From Eledone cirrhosa (lineage: Eukaryota): DNA of 64,000 nt. Position numbers and translations under genes: made by a program. The DNA lies in assembly GCA_964016885.1 (NCBI GenBank), contig OZ024745.1, forward strand, positions 88,784,001-88,848,000, in the 5' to 3' direction. Position 1 is the stretch's first letter, and every line of letters starts with the position of its first letter. Shown here piece by piece: positions 25,501-37,700 of this stretch. The notes under the pieces are model-generated. The model was not told where the DNA came from, made no database searches, and saw only the letters and a program-made list of their open reading frames with translations.

Positions 25501-28500
25501 TAGCCGGGTCCTCGTCTATGAAGCCTATCTAAGTCAAGCACACAGATCACGAATTTGTGGTCCGTGTAGCTGACTATCTTGAATTGTGGACAGCCTATGC
25601 TAGACCTATCTATTTCCCTACAAAATACTCTATCTAGATATGATCTGGATGACCCTATGCGATTTGTCCAAGTCCACATTGGCGCATACGGGAAATCCAA
25701 TCGGTACCTGTCAGACAGTTCAAAACGCCTGAGCAGGTTGGTGAGGCTCTTGCACCCTCCACCCCTATCCGCTAATCCCACACAGTCCCAGCGTGCACCT
25801 AAGATCCCGTTCCAGTCGCCCACTAACACTAAAGAGCGGGACGTTCCAAGAAAGGTCTCCAGACGCCGGAAGAAATCAGGCCGTCCTGCTCCTGTCGGGG
25901 CATAGACGGCCACTAGCCTGAAAGCTTGCCCGTCCCCGCTGGTCACGTCCAGCACCACCAGCTTACCCTCTGGGTCCAGGAAGATGGCCCGTATGGCGAG
26001 ATCCAAACCTCTCCGAAAAAGCACAGACACTCCTCCCCCCGATCCAGGACGGCTGGGAGATGCGTACACATCGTAGCCGCCGAAGATCGGTGCGAAGGCC
26101 CGTGCTTCGGAGATTCTGTTCTCGCTGATGGCCACTACATCTATGTTTAGTGACCTGAGGTCGTTGAGCAGGTGACCCTGCTTCCATGACGACCCCAAGC
26201 CACGCGCATTTATGCTGCCTATTCTGAGTGAGGTCATGTTTAAAATAGAGTGCAAAAGATGGGAAAGACCACTTACCGTACTTTTGGTAGAGGAGGGATG
26301 GTTTTTACATCCCTTTTCACTTGATCGTCTGGTGAAGGGACCGTTCCATCGTCCCTTCGGCTGGTCGTCGGCTCTTCTAAGAGAATGTCTGAATATACTC
26401 TTCGATTGATAGTTCCTCCTAGGTCCCTGAAATCACCAACTGCGTTGGGGAATTTCGTTTTAATGTTTGTGTATTGTTTCTGTGCTATTTGTAGCAGTCT
26501 TATGTTAGTTGGCGTTTTGATTGGTGCTGGTATTATGTAGTCGTGTTGTGAAATGTCTGTGTGTTCAATTATGTAAGTCATTAGTTTCTTGTTGTGTGTA
26601 TTTATTGCCGTGCATTTGTTTTTCTTGGGGTGGGGTGTGGTTCTGCTATTTTCTTGTCGTTGTTGCTGGGTGTGTGTGTTTTGTTGTTGTGCTTGCGATG
26701 TTGGTGCTTGTGGTGGTGGTGTTGAAGGTGTTGTTGGCGGTGGGGTTGTCGCCGGTGGTGATGGTGGTGCTAGTGTTGGTGGTGATGGTGTTGGCGGTGT
26801 TGCTGCTGTGGGTCTCTTTGCAGTAGACTTTACCCTTTTCTCATTTCTTTCCTCCCTTTTCAAAGGCGACGATGCGCTGCTTCTGCGTTTGTGCCTTCTT
26901 ACGACCTTTTGCCATCCCTCTCCCATCTCACACTCCATGTCTGATTCTGTGAGGTCGGGGAGGGGTACCAGCTCCACTCTTTCACTTGTTGTTGTTGGTG
27001 ATGTTTGCACTGGAGTCTCTGTTGCAGCTGCATTTGGTATTGCTGTTGTTGTTGTTAATATTTCCACTGCTGCTGCTGTTTTTGATTTCCGTGGCGTGGG
27101 TATGGGTGCCACGGACCTATCGTTCCTGGTTGCCGCTTGTCCTATTGCTGGTAGCCGTGGAGCCGGTTTCGGAAGGAGGGGGGTTTTCTCCTTTCTCAGG
27201 GTTTTCTCGTTGCAGAAGACCCTGAGGTGAGTCTTCGATCCACAGCGAAAGCATTTCGGGCGTTTTCCTTCAAAACTTATGGGCAGTTGAGTGCCGTTAT
27301 CGAAGTCTATCACATCCGGGATAGCTTCGATGCACTCCTGGTTGGTTTGGATTAGCATCTCAATGGAGGTGCCGACCCAATCTTCTCTTACTTTTTTCTG
27401 TACTTGCAGTACAGTTGTTTTGTCCTCGATTCCGACAAGGACAGACGCGGCCAGCCAAGAAGGGGCCATTCCGGGGGGAGGGGGGGACGTGGGTCAGTTT
27501 GACCCTCACAATTTTTTGCCCGCAGTAGGAGGGCACCAACACCATTTCCTCGCTCCTTAGGGTCACTACGGATTGGGCCTTTGCCTCCTGGGGTGTGGCA
27601 AAAAGTACGTCTACGGTGGCATATTTTTTGCCTCGGGTGATGTGCGTTTTCCGCTGCCACACAGACCCCAAGGCTTTTTGTATTTGAGCATCTGTGGCTC
27701 TTTCCACCCTACGGGATTTTGTACTTACTGTACGGTACGTGACCGTACAGTGCTGTTGGGTTTCGAAAAATGTTTCCGATGCCTTGCAGATTGCTCGGTG
27801 TCCATTCTTTATCACCATCTTCTTCGCTTCCTCTAATTCCTCATTTGTTATGAGGATTGTTTCCAAGTTTTTCGCAATACCTGCAAATGAGATTGGTTTT
27901 TCTTTGCTGCTGTTGTTGTTGTTGTCGTCAGAGCTGCTGTTACTTTTGTTGTTGCTGCAGGTACTACGACTACTGCCTCCGCCGCTGTTGCTGTGGTTGT
28001 TGTTTGTGTTGCTGCTGCTAATGCTGTTGTTGTTTATGCTGCTGGTGATGCTGTTGCGGCTGCTACTGTTGTTTTCATTGTCACTGTTGCTGTTGTTATT
28101 ACGGCTGCTACTGCTATTATTCCTGACTTCAGACGAATGAACTGGGTTTTCGTATTTCCCGCACACCTGTTTCGTCGCTGTCGTCGTCGTCGTGGAGAAA
28201 CCTTGCACGCTTTGCACGAGACTTTTCTTTTCTTTCGTCGCTTGCGAAAGAGAAGGGAGGAGAGAGACACGTTTAAAGAAGGGAGGGAGAGAGACAATCT
28301 TCTCTCTGCTGTAGTGACGATTGAGGAAGAAGAAGACGGAATGAGTGGGAGTGACCTATGCAAATTCTTTTTCGTAGCCATGTTTTTATTTTGTTTAAAA
28401 TAAATATTGGGTACTAACCCCCAATAAGCAGTTATTTAACCCCGAAGGGCCAAATAACGGGCAGAAAGACCCCTCTCACGAGGAGGAGGGTGTTTTTGTC

Positions 28501-28596
28501 TACAAGTTGGTCTAAGTTTTAAACAATTTACAATTGTTAAAGCGTTCAAAATTTACAGTACCTTACAGAACCGAGCCTCCGTCAACCATAGCATTC
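22566..28596 (-). mobile_element. Full-length Tx1 copy A (defective)
   Basis: 5' end GAATGCTATGGTTGACGG; ORF1 with two frameshifts; ORF2 with stops at 23940 and 23184; (TTA)n tail. Confidence 0.95.
22818..26237 (-). pseudogene. Tx1 A ORF2 with two nonsense mutations
   Basis: ORFs 23940-26255, 23184-23933 and 22818-23165 are collinear with the intact 1139-aa ORF. Confidence 0.93.
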
Positions 28597-28910
28597 AATA
28601 ATAATAATAATAATAATAATCTGAAGTAGAAACAATAATAATAATAATGATTTCTTTATTAACCACAAGGGTTTACATAAAGTAGACATTAAGGACAGTG
28701 CAGGACAATGCAGGACGGTACAAATGGGCATTTCTGCGTGTAAAAAAACAAAAACAGAGGATGTAACAAAAATAACAATGAAAATAACAATGAAAAATTC
28801 CCCAATAGGGGGGAGACTTCGGAGGGACATTTGTGGAGAAAGCCCAGTAAAAAGCCACAATGACCCTGACCACCAAGGCAAGTGCCCTCTCCCAGTTTTC
28901 CACCTTTAAT

Positions 28911-31900
28911 TTACAGATATATGCTCAGAGTAGGCCCATTCACTCGGGCCATTCTTGCTTCTCTCACCCATCTTTCAACAAAATGCTGGGAAGAGAGCAC
29001 TTCCCTCTCTACTCTGATTTTCCTTTTCAAATGAAATTTGAAAAAGTCAATCAGAGCATCACCGAAGAGGTAAGTGCTCGTCTTCAGCCCTTTCAAACGT
29101 GTCCACCATACTATCTCTTTCGCCATGGCCACCAGGCAGATAAAAACTGCCTGCCCTTCCCGGCTAAAGGAGGAGGGCGGGGCAATCCTCACGATGGACT
29201 CAGATGATAGCCGGATCCGTCCTAAACGCGACAGCAGGTGTTCGACATAGACCCACAAGTCAGCAATTTTCGGACACTGGACGAGTGCGTGCAGGACGGT
29301 TTCGTCGCCCTGCGCGCATCTCGGACATGCCCGGCTGACGGCACCTCCATGCCTGTAGAGTTTATCCCGAACTGGCAAGGCTCCTCGGTAGCACTGCCAG
29401 GCCAGAGATTTCTGGAAGTTGTCCATAGGCCCTGGCCCGAAAGTTCTTCCGAAGAGATTGGCTAGTTGATTTTCGTCGACGCCTAGAGTTTCCCCAAGTA
29501 CGTCGTCGCTCTTCCCCTCCACTAATCCTCTATAGAACGCCGAGGTGGAGTTTCCACCGATCACATTGCCCGATTGGTCGAGGGCTGTGAGCGCCTGAAG
29601 ACATTCCAGTCTCCAGGCGCTCCCTCTCGGTCTTCGCTTGACCCAGGACTGCAGCTCCGTCAAGGAAACGAGCTGGGGAAACACGCGTCTAGCAAACGGC
29701 GACCACACCTGATCACCGTCGAGGAAGAGGTGGAGATGTCGTAGCCTGAGCGCGTGCCTGCGCATCATCAGCCACGGCATGCCCAGCCCTCCACGTAGCG
29801 GGTGTTGACAACAGATGGACCGCCTGACCATCGGAGCGCGTCCCTTCCACAAAAAGCGAAAGAGCAAACGCTCCAGCACAGTCAGGCGAGGCTTAGGACA
29901 AGGTACGACGGTCAGGCGGTAGCAGATGACGGACGCGATGTACGCGTTAGCCACCTCCGCTCGACCTTTCAGGGATAGCTTCCTCTCGGCCCATTTCTGG
30001 GTGAGAGAAGCCACCCTGCTCGTCACCTCGTCCCAGTTTTTGTCCGTCTGGAGGTCCGGACCGAACCAGACCCCTAGCAATTTAACCGGTCCGTCCGTCC
30101 AGCGTCCGACGACGCTGTTGGACGGCATGGACCTGCCTCTCCAGGTGCCGAGCTGCAGGCCCACTGACTTTTCCTGGTTGATCATTGCTCCTGTCACCGC
30201 TTCGTATTCTCTTAGTGTAGTGCCGATCGCCTCGATGTGTTTGGCGTTCGACACCACTACGGTGACATCGTCCGCATATGCTGATACGGATCTTCCGCAT
30301 CCTAGTTCGCGCGGGACCCCCCTCAACGTCTCCAGTTTGTGCAGTAATGGCTCGAGAGTCAATACGTACAAGAGGGACGAGAGGGGACATCCTTGGCGGA
30401 CCGAGCGCATGATGTTGAACGGTTCCGACAGGTGACCGTTCACTCTCACCACAGAGCAGATGTCGCTGTGCATGGCAGCGATCCAGCCTCTGAAGACGGG
30501 CCCAAAGCCAGCCGCCCTCAGGACTGCCGCTAGGTAACGATGGTCGACCCTATCGAACGCTTTCGACTGATCTAAATTGATCAAGGACCCACCCGTGCCA
30601 GGTTCCCTAGCTACCCTCTCTACGATGTATCGCATGAGGTGGAGGTTGTCGTGGATGGATCTGTCGGGAATGGCGCATGTCTGCGCCTCTCCCACCAGAC
30701 CACCAACGACAAGCGCCAACCTCTTTGCTAGCACCTTGGCCAAAATCTTAAACTCTGTGTTTAGCAGAGTTATGGGCCGGAAATTGTCTATGTTATCCCC
30801 CTTGTTCGGATCCTTTCTCAGCAGTGCCACCGCTCCTCGGCTCACAGAACTGGGAATTCTCCCGTTCTGTTGCCAGTTGCAGTAGACGTCCGCCAAGAGG
30901 CCTCCGAACAAGTCTGGCATCTGTACGTAAAGTTCATAGGGCAGACCATCCAAACCAGGCGATTTACCCCTTGTGCAGCCAGTCATTGCCTCCCTTACTT
31001 CAGCGGCTGTTATCGGCTTTTCGCAACACTTCGCCTCAGTGGCCGAGAGCCGCGGCAGTCCGTCGAGGTAGACACTAAAGTCCATCCCTCTACCCGGCCC
31101 CCCGCTGCCCCCGAACAGCTGAGCGAAGTGTCGCTGAAAAGCTTCACACATTTGCCCGGGATCGAGTAGCATGCGCCCGTCGTGGTCCACCAAAGACCGG
31201 ATCGTGGCTTTGTTGCCACGACGCGCCTCCGCCACTCGGGCCCATTGAACGGCTTTCGTCCCCTCGTGTCTGAGAGCACGCACCCTAGCTCTGACAACGC
31301 AGCCTTCGTGCTTTGCATTGAAGAATTGGTCAAGGGCCAATTTCGCCGCAAGCACGTCGGTCGCAATGCCTTTGCTAAGCGCCTCGTCTAATTTTCTAAC
31401 TAGTTCTCCCTCTGCTCTATTTTTCTCTATTGCTAAAGCCTTACTAAACCTAATCGATTCTATTCTAATCGCTCTTTTCAGAGCAAACCACCACTTGTTG
31501 TTGACGATGGCCCCCGTCAACGCCCGCTTAACTAGTTCGCTAATCCGGTCTCTGTAGGCCTTGCGCGCTGGTAAGGACGCGTTTAGCTTCCAGTAGCCGG
31601 GTCCTCGTCTATGAAGCCTATCTAAGTCAAGCACACAGATCACGAATTTGTGGTCCGTGTAGCTGACTATCTTGAATTGTGGACAGCCTATGCTAGACCT
31701 ATCTATTTCCCTACAAAATACTCTATCTAGATATGATCTGGATGACCCTATGCGATTTGTCCAAGTCCACATTGGCACATTCGGGAAATCCAATCGGTAC
31801 CTGTCAGACAGTTCAAAACGCCTGAGCAGGTTGGTGAGGCTCTTGCACCCTCCACCCCTATCCGCTAATCCCACACAGTCCCAGCGTGCATCTAAGATCC

Positions 31901-32330
31901 CGTTCCAGTCGCCCACTAACACTAAAGAGCGGGACGTTCCAAGAAAGGTCTCCAGACGCCGGAAGAAATCAGGCCGCCCTGCTCCTGTCGGGGCATAGAC
32001 GGCCACTAGCCTGAAAGCTTGCCCGTCTCCGCTGGTCACGTCCAGCACCACCAGCTTACCCTCTGGGTCCAGGAAGATGGCCCGTATGGCGAGATCCAAA
32101 CCTCTCCGAAAAAGCACAGCAACTCCTCCACCCGATCCAGGACGGCTGGGAGATGCGTACACATCGTAGCCGCCGAAGATCGGTACGAGGGCCCGTGCTT
32201 CGGAGATTCTGGTCTCGCTGATGGCCACTACATCTATGTTTAGTGACCTGAGGTCGTTGAGCAGGTGACCCTGCTTCCATGACGACCCCAAGCCACGCGC
32301 ATTTATGCTGCCTATTCTGAGTGAGGTCAT
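28911..32330 (-). CDS. Tx1 ORF2 protein: APE endonuclease, reverse transcriptase, C-terminal Zn motif (1139 aa)
   Basis: SINARGL, SETR, GDWN, SYLDRVF, TDHK, DQSKAFDRVDH, RQGCPLS, AYADD, CPRC..ETVLHALVQC. Confidence 0.96.
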   Translation of the reverse strand: MTSLRIGSINARGLGSSWKQGHLLNDLRSLNIDVVAISETRISEARALVPIFGGYDVYASPSRPGSGGGVAVLFRRGLDLAIRAIFLDPEGKLVVLDVTSGDGQAFRLVAVYAPTGAGRPDFFRRLETFLGTSRSLVLVGDWNGILDARWDCVGLADRGGGCKSLTNLLRRFELSDRYRLDFPNVPMWTWTNRIGSSRSYLDRVFCREIDRSSIGCPQFKIVSYTDHKFVICVLDLDRLHRRGPGYWKLNASLPARKAYRDRISELVKRALTGAIVNNKWWFALKRAIRIESIRFSKALAIEKNRAEGELVRKLDEALSKGIATDVLAAKLALDQFFNAKHEGCVVRARVRALRHEGTKAVQWARVAEARRGNKATIRSLVDHDGRMLLDPGQMCEAFQRHFAQLFGGSGGPGRGMDFSVYLDGLPRLSATEAKCCEKPITAAEVREAMTGCTRGKSPGLDGLPYELYVQMPDLFGGLLADVYCNWQQNGRIPSSVSRGAVALLRKDPNKGDNIDNFRPITLLNTEFKILAKVLAKRLALVVGGLVGEAQTCAIPDRSIHDNLHLMRYIVERVAREPGTGGSLINLDQSKAFDRVDHRYLAAVLRAAGFGPVFRGWIAAMHSDICSVVRVNGHLSEPFNIMRSVRQGCPLSSLLYVLTLEPLLHKLETLRGVPRELGCGRSVSAYADDVTVVVSNAKHIEAIGTTLREYEAVTGAMINQEKSVGLQLGTWRGRSMPSNSVVGRWTDGPVKLLGVWFGPDLQTDKNWDEVTSRVASLTQKWAERKLSLKGRAEVANAYIASVICYRLTVVPCPKPRLTVLERLLFRFLWKGRAPMVRRSICCQHPLRGGLGMPWLMMRRHALRLRHLHLFLDGDQVWSPFARRVFPQLVSLTELQSWVKRRPRGSAWRLECLQALTALDQSGNVIGGNSTSAFYRGLVEGKSDDVLGETLGVDENQLANLFGRTFGPGPMDNFQKSLAWQCYRGALPVRDKLYRHGGAVSRACPRCAQGDETVLHALVQCPKIADLWVYVEHLLSRLGRIRLSSESIVRIAPPSSFSREGQAVFICLVAMAKEIVWWTRLKGLKTSTYLFGDALIDFFKFHLKRKIRVEREVLSSQHFVERWVREARMARVNGPTLSIYL

Positions 32331-32365
32331 GTTTAAAATAGAGTGGAAAAGATGGGAAAGACCAC

Positions 32366-34474
32366 TTACCGTACTTTTGGTAGAGGAGGGATGGTTTTTA
32401 CATCCCTTTTCACTTGATCGTCTGGTGAAGGGACCGTTGAATCGTCCCTTCGGCTGGTCGTCGGCTCTTCTAAGAGAATGTCTGAGTATACTCTTCGATT
32501 GATGGTTCCTCCTAGGTCCCTGAAATCACCAACTGCGTTGGGGAATTTCGTTTTAATGTTTGTGTATTGTTTCTGTGCTATTTTTAGCAGTCTTATGTTA
32601 GTTGGCGTTTTGATTGGTGCTGGTATTATGTAGTCCTGTTGTGAAATGTCTGTGTGTTCAATTATGTAAGTCATTAGTTTCTTGTTGTGTGTATTTATTG
32701 CCGTGCATTTGTTTTTCTGGGGGTGGGGTGTGGTTCTGCTATTTTCTTGTCGTTGTTGCTGGGTGTGTGTGTTTTGTTGTTGTGTTTGCGATGTTGGTGC
32801 TTGTGGTGGTGGTGTTGAAGGTGTTGTTGGCGGTGGGGTTGTCGCCGGTGGTGATGGTGGTGCTAGTGTGGGTGGTGATGGTGTTGGTGTTGTTGCTGCT
32901 GTGGGTCTCTTTGCAGTAGACTTTACCCTTTTCTCATTTCTTTCCTCCCTTTTCAAAGGCGACGATGCGCTGCTTCTGCGTTTGTGCCTTCTTGCGACCT
33001 TTTGCCATCCCTCTCCCACCTCACACTCCATGTCTGATTCTGTGAGGTCGGGGAGGGGTACCAGCTCCACTCTTTCACTTGTTGTTGTTGGTGATGTTTG
33101 CACTGGAGTCTCTGTTGCAGCTGCATTTGGTATTGCTGTTGTTGTTGTTAATATTTCCACTGCTGCTGCTGTCTTTGATTTCCGTGGAGTGGGTATGGGT
33201 GCCACGGACCTATCGTTCCTGGTTGCCGCTTGTCCTGTTGCTGGTAGCCGTGGAGCCGGATTCGGAAGGAGGGGGGTTTTCTCCTTTCTCAGGGTCTTCT
33301 CGTTGCAGAAGGCCCTGAGGTGAGTCTTCGATCCACAGCGAAAGCATTTCGGGCGTTTGCCCTCAACACTTATGGGCAGTTGAGTGCCGTTATCGAAGTC
33401 TATCACATCCGGGATAGCTTCGATGCACTCCTGGTTGGTTTGGATTAGCATCTCAATGGAGGAGCCGACCCAATCTTCTCTTACTTTTTTCTGTACTTGC
33501 AGTACAGTTGTTTTGTCCTCGATTCAGACGAGGACAGACGCGGCCAGCCAAGAAGGGGCCATTCCGGGGGGAGGGGGGGACGTGGGTCAGTTTGACCCTC
33601 ACAATTTTTTGCCCGCAGTAGGAGGGCACCAACACCATTTCCTCGCTCCTTAGGGTCACTACGGATTGGGCCTTTGCCTCCTGGGGTGTGGCAAAAAGTA
33701 CGTCTACGGTGGCATATTTTTTGCCTCGGGTGATGTGCGTTTTCCGCTGCCACACAGACCCCAAGGCTTTTTGTATTTGAGCATCTGTGGCTCTTTCCAC
33801 CCTACGGGATTTTGTACTTACTGTACGGTACGTGACCGTACAGTGCTGTTGGGTTTCGAAAAATGTTTCCGATGCCTTGCAGATTGCTCGGTGTCCATTC
33901 TTTATCACCATCTTCTTCGCTTCCTCTAATTCCTCATTTGTTATGAGGATTGTTTCCAAGTTTTTCGCAATACCTGCAAATGAGATTGGTTTTTCTTTGC
34001 TGCTGTTGTTGTTGTTGTCGTCACAGCTGCTGTTACTTTTGTTGTTGCTGCAGGTACTACGACTACTGCCTCCGCCGCTGTTGCTGTGGTTGTTGTTTGT
34101 GTTGCTGCTGCTAATGCTGTTGTTGTTTATGCTGCTGGTGATGCTGTTGCGGCTGCTACTGTTGTTTTCATTGTCACTGTTGCTGTTGTTATTACGGCTG
34201 CTACTGCTATTATTCCTGACTTCAGACGAATGAACTGGGTTTTCGTATTTCCCGCACACCTGTTTCGTCGCTGTCGTCGTCGTCGTGGAGAAACCTTGCA
34301 CGCTTTGCACGAGACTTTTCTTTTCTTTCGTCGCTTGCGAAAGAGAAGGGAGGAGAGAGACACGTTTAAAGAAGGGAGGGAGAGAGACAATCTTCTCTCT
34401 GCTGTAGTGACGATTGAGGAAGAAGAAGACGGAATGAGTGGGAGTGACCTATGCAAATTCTTTTTCGTAGCCAT
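32366..34474 (-). pseudogene. Tx1 B ORF1 (gag-like), two frameshifts
   Basis: Fragments 34127-34474, 33453-34310 and 32366-33451 are collinear with the 674-aa ORF of copy C; knuckle CFRCGSKTHLRAFC. Confidence 0.9.
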
Positions 34475-34755
34475 GTTTTTATTTTGTTTAAAATAAATAT
34501 TGGGTACTAACCCCCAATAAGCAGTTATTTAACCCCGAAGGGCCAAATAACGGGCAGAAAGACCCCTCTCACGAGGAGGAGGGTGTTTTTGTCTACAAGT
34601 TGGTCTAAGTTTTAAACAATTTACAATTGTTAAAGCGTTCAAAATTTACAGTACCTTACAGAACCGAGCCTCCGTCAACCATAGCATTCAATAATAATAA
34701 TAATAATAATAATCTGAAGTAGAAACAATAATAATAATAATAATAATAATAATAA

Positions 34756-37700
34756 GGGAAGAAGACGCACGTGGTGGATAGAAGGTCATGAAATCGCTCC
34801 CGTAAGTTTTTGATTTTTACCATATTTAAATCAATTGTGAAATAACAATTCTTAGTACAAATGATACATAAAGCACCAGACTCAACTATCAGAAAAATTC
34901 GCATCCATAATATTCTGTTATATCACTCAAATATTTAATTTTGTATTATACATTTTATATTCAAAAAAGAAAATGGTTATAAATGGAAGAAAACCCCCTC
35001 TGTCTACACTATATAGAACAGCCAAATAACAGCAATTTAACCAACACCACCTATCCCATCACCCCTCTGTGTACACTAAATACAACAGCCAGATAACGGC
35101 AATTTCACCACCACCACCACCAATCCCAGCATAATAATAATAATTACTATTATTATTGTCTCAAGTTTTCACAAAATGTTTAATTCCAATATTAAGAAAA
35201 TATGTCAACACATATATTAAACATACGCGACTAACCGCATAGATACGCCGATCAAACGATCAAACAAACTACAGTCTATTCAACAAAACTCAGCAACGAC
35301 AACGCCATCACTATAATCACCGCCACCACCACTATCCCATCACCGCCGCCACCACTCCTTTGCTACCACCGCTATTCCCCCATTACCTTCTGTTAACTTA
35401 CGAAAGGGGAAGGTGGCGGTATCACTAGACAATATTAATAAACAATATTAATATTTAATTTTAGATCAGGAATGTTAGAGTCGAAAAGGAGGAAAATGGC
35501 AAATGACTAAATAGCTAAATAGCTAAATGGGTAAGTGGACAGAGAAGATAATTTCACCACCAACAGCACCACCACTACCACGCTAAAAACTCTGGTCAAG
35601 TTACCTCAACTTCTATTTCTACTTCAACTTCAACACCATCACTACAGTACTACGATTACATCACCACCACCACTGCTTCATTATCGCTACCGCCGCTATA
35701 CTCTCCCACTACCTCCTGCTAAGTACTACTAGCACAGCATCACCACCACCACCACTGCCTCATTATCACTACCGCCGCTATTCTCTCCCACTACCTCCTG
35801 CTACATCGTAGTGTCCCCACTAAAAGAGGAAGGCATCAAAATATATAAATAGACTGATTTGATGACCCGGTCAAAATCAAAAAACGAAAAATCAAAATCA
35901 AAGCAGCAGAGCAACAACGAAAAACGTAAAGAAAAAACAAATGAAAAGAAAAACAAACAGACGGACAGAGAAGGGAAGGGAAAAACTAAGTCAGAGATTC
36001 AAACATTACATTAGAATGAAACTTATGCTTATTCTTTTTTTATTTATTTTTTTTGCCTGTTTGTTTGTTTGTTTATTTATGTTCGTCTACAGCGTGATAG
36101 TGCCTCACAAAAATCACCGGGAGTGACGAAATCACCGGAGGTGATGAAATCACCGGTGCTTAGGTAACCATACATTCAGCAATCCCCGATAAGAGTGTTT
36201 AAATGTCGAACCTAAACAGTTCGAATAACGGTGAAGTGGAGACTAGAATGTCATGTGACAGACTCTCACCCAGCAGGTGCTCCCTGGCTCAGCAGCAGGG
36301 ACCTGGCTGTCAACCAAATACTGCTGGTGTCGGAGGAAGAAGAAGAAGGAAAGGGACCAGAACCAACTGGACGAAAGAATTGAATAGAACTGTTATGCAA
36401 TGTTACCTGAAGAGTAATCCCAAGGAGAAAGGCTATAGGAAACGGATGCATAACATCTGGAACGAGATTGGTCTATTTAAATTAGATGAACAAAAATTGG
36501 CCGAGCAGGCTCGGGTAATAAGAACTAATGGGTGGATAAGCGAGCTGGAACTGGCGGAACTGAGCAGAGAGATTAGGTTGGAAATGGAGAGTGGAGTATG
36601 CCAGGCAAACGAGCCAGGGGCAAGTGAAGGTGAAGAGGTTGAGAGAACGGAGGAACCATCCGAACCAGACAATGATCTGAATGCTGAAATAAATAATACC
36701 TGCAACAGAGATACGACCATTGAGGAGATGAATGCTGAGAGGCTAGGACAAGATTTAGTTGATATCCTAAATTTAGTGGTAGATGAATTGAACAATGATA
36801 GTGGGAAACCTATGAACCTAAGATTTGTAGAGAGAAAAAAGTTAAAAGAAACAACAGCTAAGGTAAACAAAGTCACCACATACCTTGAGGCGAGGAGCCT
36901 TCACCAGTGCAACAATATCCTCAAAGCAACAGCAAATGCGGTGAGAAAATTACTTGGTATAAAAGCGAGAGGTAACAACAAACAAGAAAGATCAGAGCCT
37001 TGGTGGAAGAAACGACTGAATGGTCTAATCAGGGAAATGAGAAATGACATTGGAAAGCTTGAGTCCCTACTGAATGGGACACTAAAAAAACATAGTCACT
37101 AAACATAGACTGGAAATAAAGTACAAAACTCGGAGGAAAAAGCTAAATATTATCATAGAGGAACTGAAGCAACACAAAATTAGGCGATACTAGAGCAGAG
37201 TCAGTCAGTAGAGAGAGAACAGCATGTTTGATGTCTGAGGCTGAACAAACCAAAACATTCTGGAGAGTAATATGGGAGCAGGATGTTAAACATAATGACC
37301 AGGCAGTGTGGATTGAGACAGTACAGAAGGAGATTAGTGAACAGGTACACCAACAAACTGATTTGAGTATCACAATTGAAACTCTTAAGGGGCAGGCCAA
37401 AAAACTAACCAACTGGAAATCACCAGGCCCAGATGGTGTGCAGGGGTATTGGATTAAAAATATAACATCCCTCCATCCAAAACTAGGAACCATGTTAATG
37501 ACTGCTTGAGTGGTTGACAAAAGGTACCACAGTTCTGATAATGAAAGACCGAATCAAGGGTAATGATGTTACCAACTATAGACCTATCAGATGTCTGTCC
37601 GTAATGGGGATACTGTTGACAAGCATTATGTCTGAGGAAATCTACCATCACCTCCACACAAACAACATGATAACGGACGAACCGAAAGGATGCCGAAAGA

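Larger units (their letters stand above)
28648..34689 (-). mobile_element. Full-length Tx1 copy B (intact ORF2, frameshifted ORF1)
   Basis: 6042 bp between (AAT)n tracts, head-to-tail with copy A. Confidence 0.96.

Noticed and set aside
34555-34590. UCCUCGU in the Tx1 5'UTR resembling the L3 loop of HDV-like ribozymes
   Set aside because: No P1 partner or GG for P1.1 and no J4/2; a simple hairpin explains the sequence
36112-36157. Three aaatcaccgg repeats with GTGATGA/GAAA-like words in the Dong 5'UTR
   Set aside because: An 18-bp tandem micro-hairpin, neither an HHR core nor CRISPR; it differs in the 50719 copy
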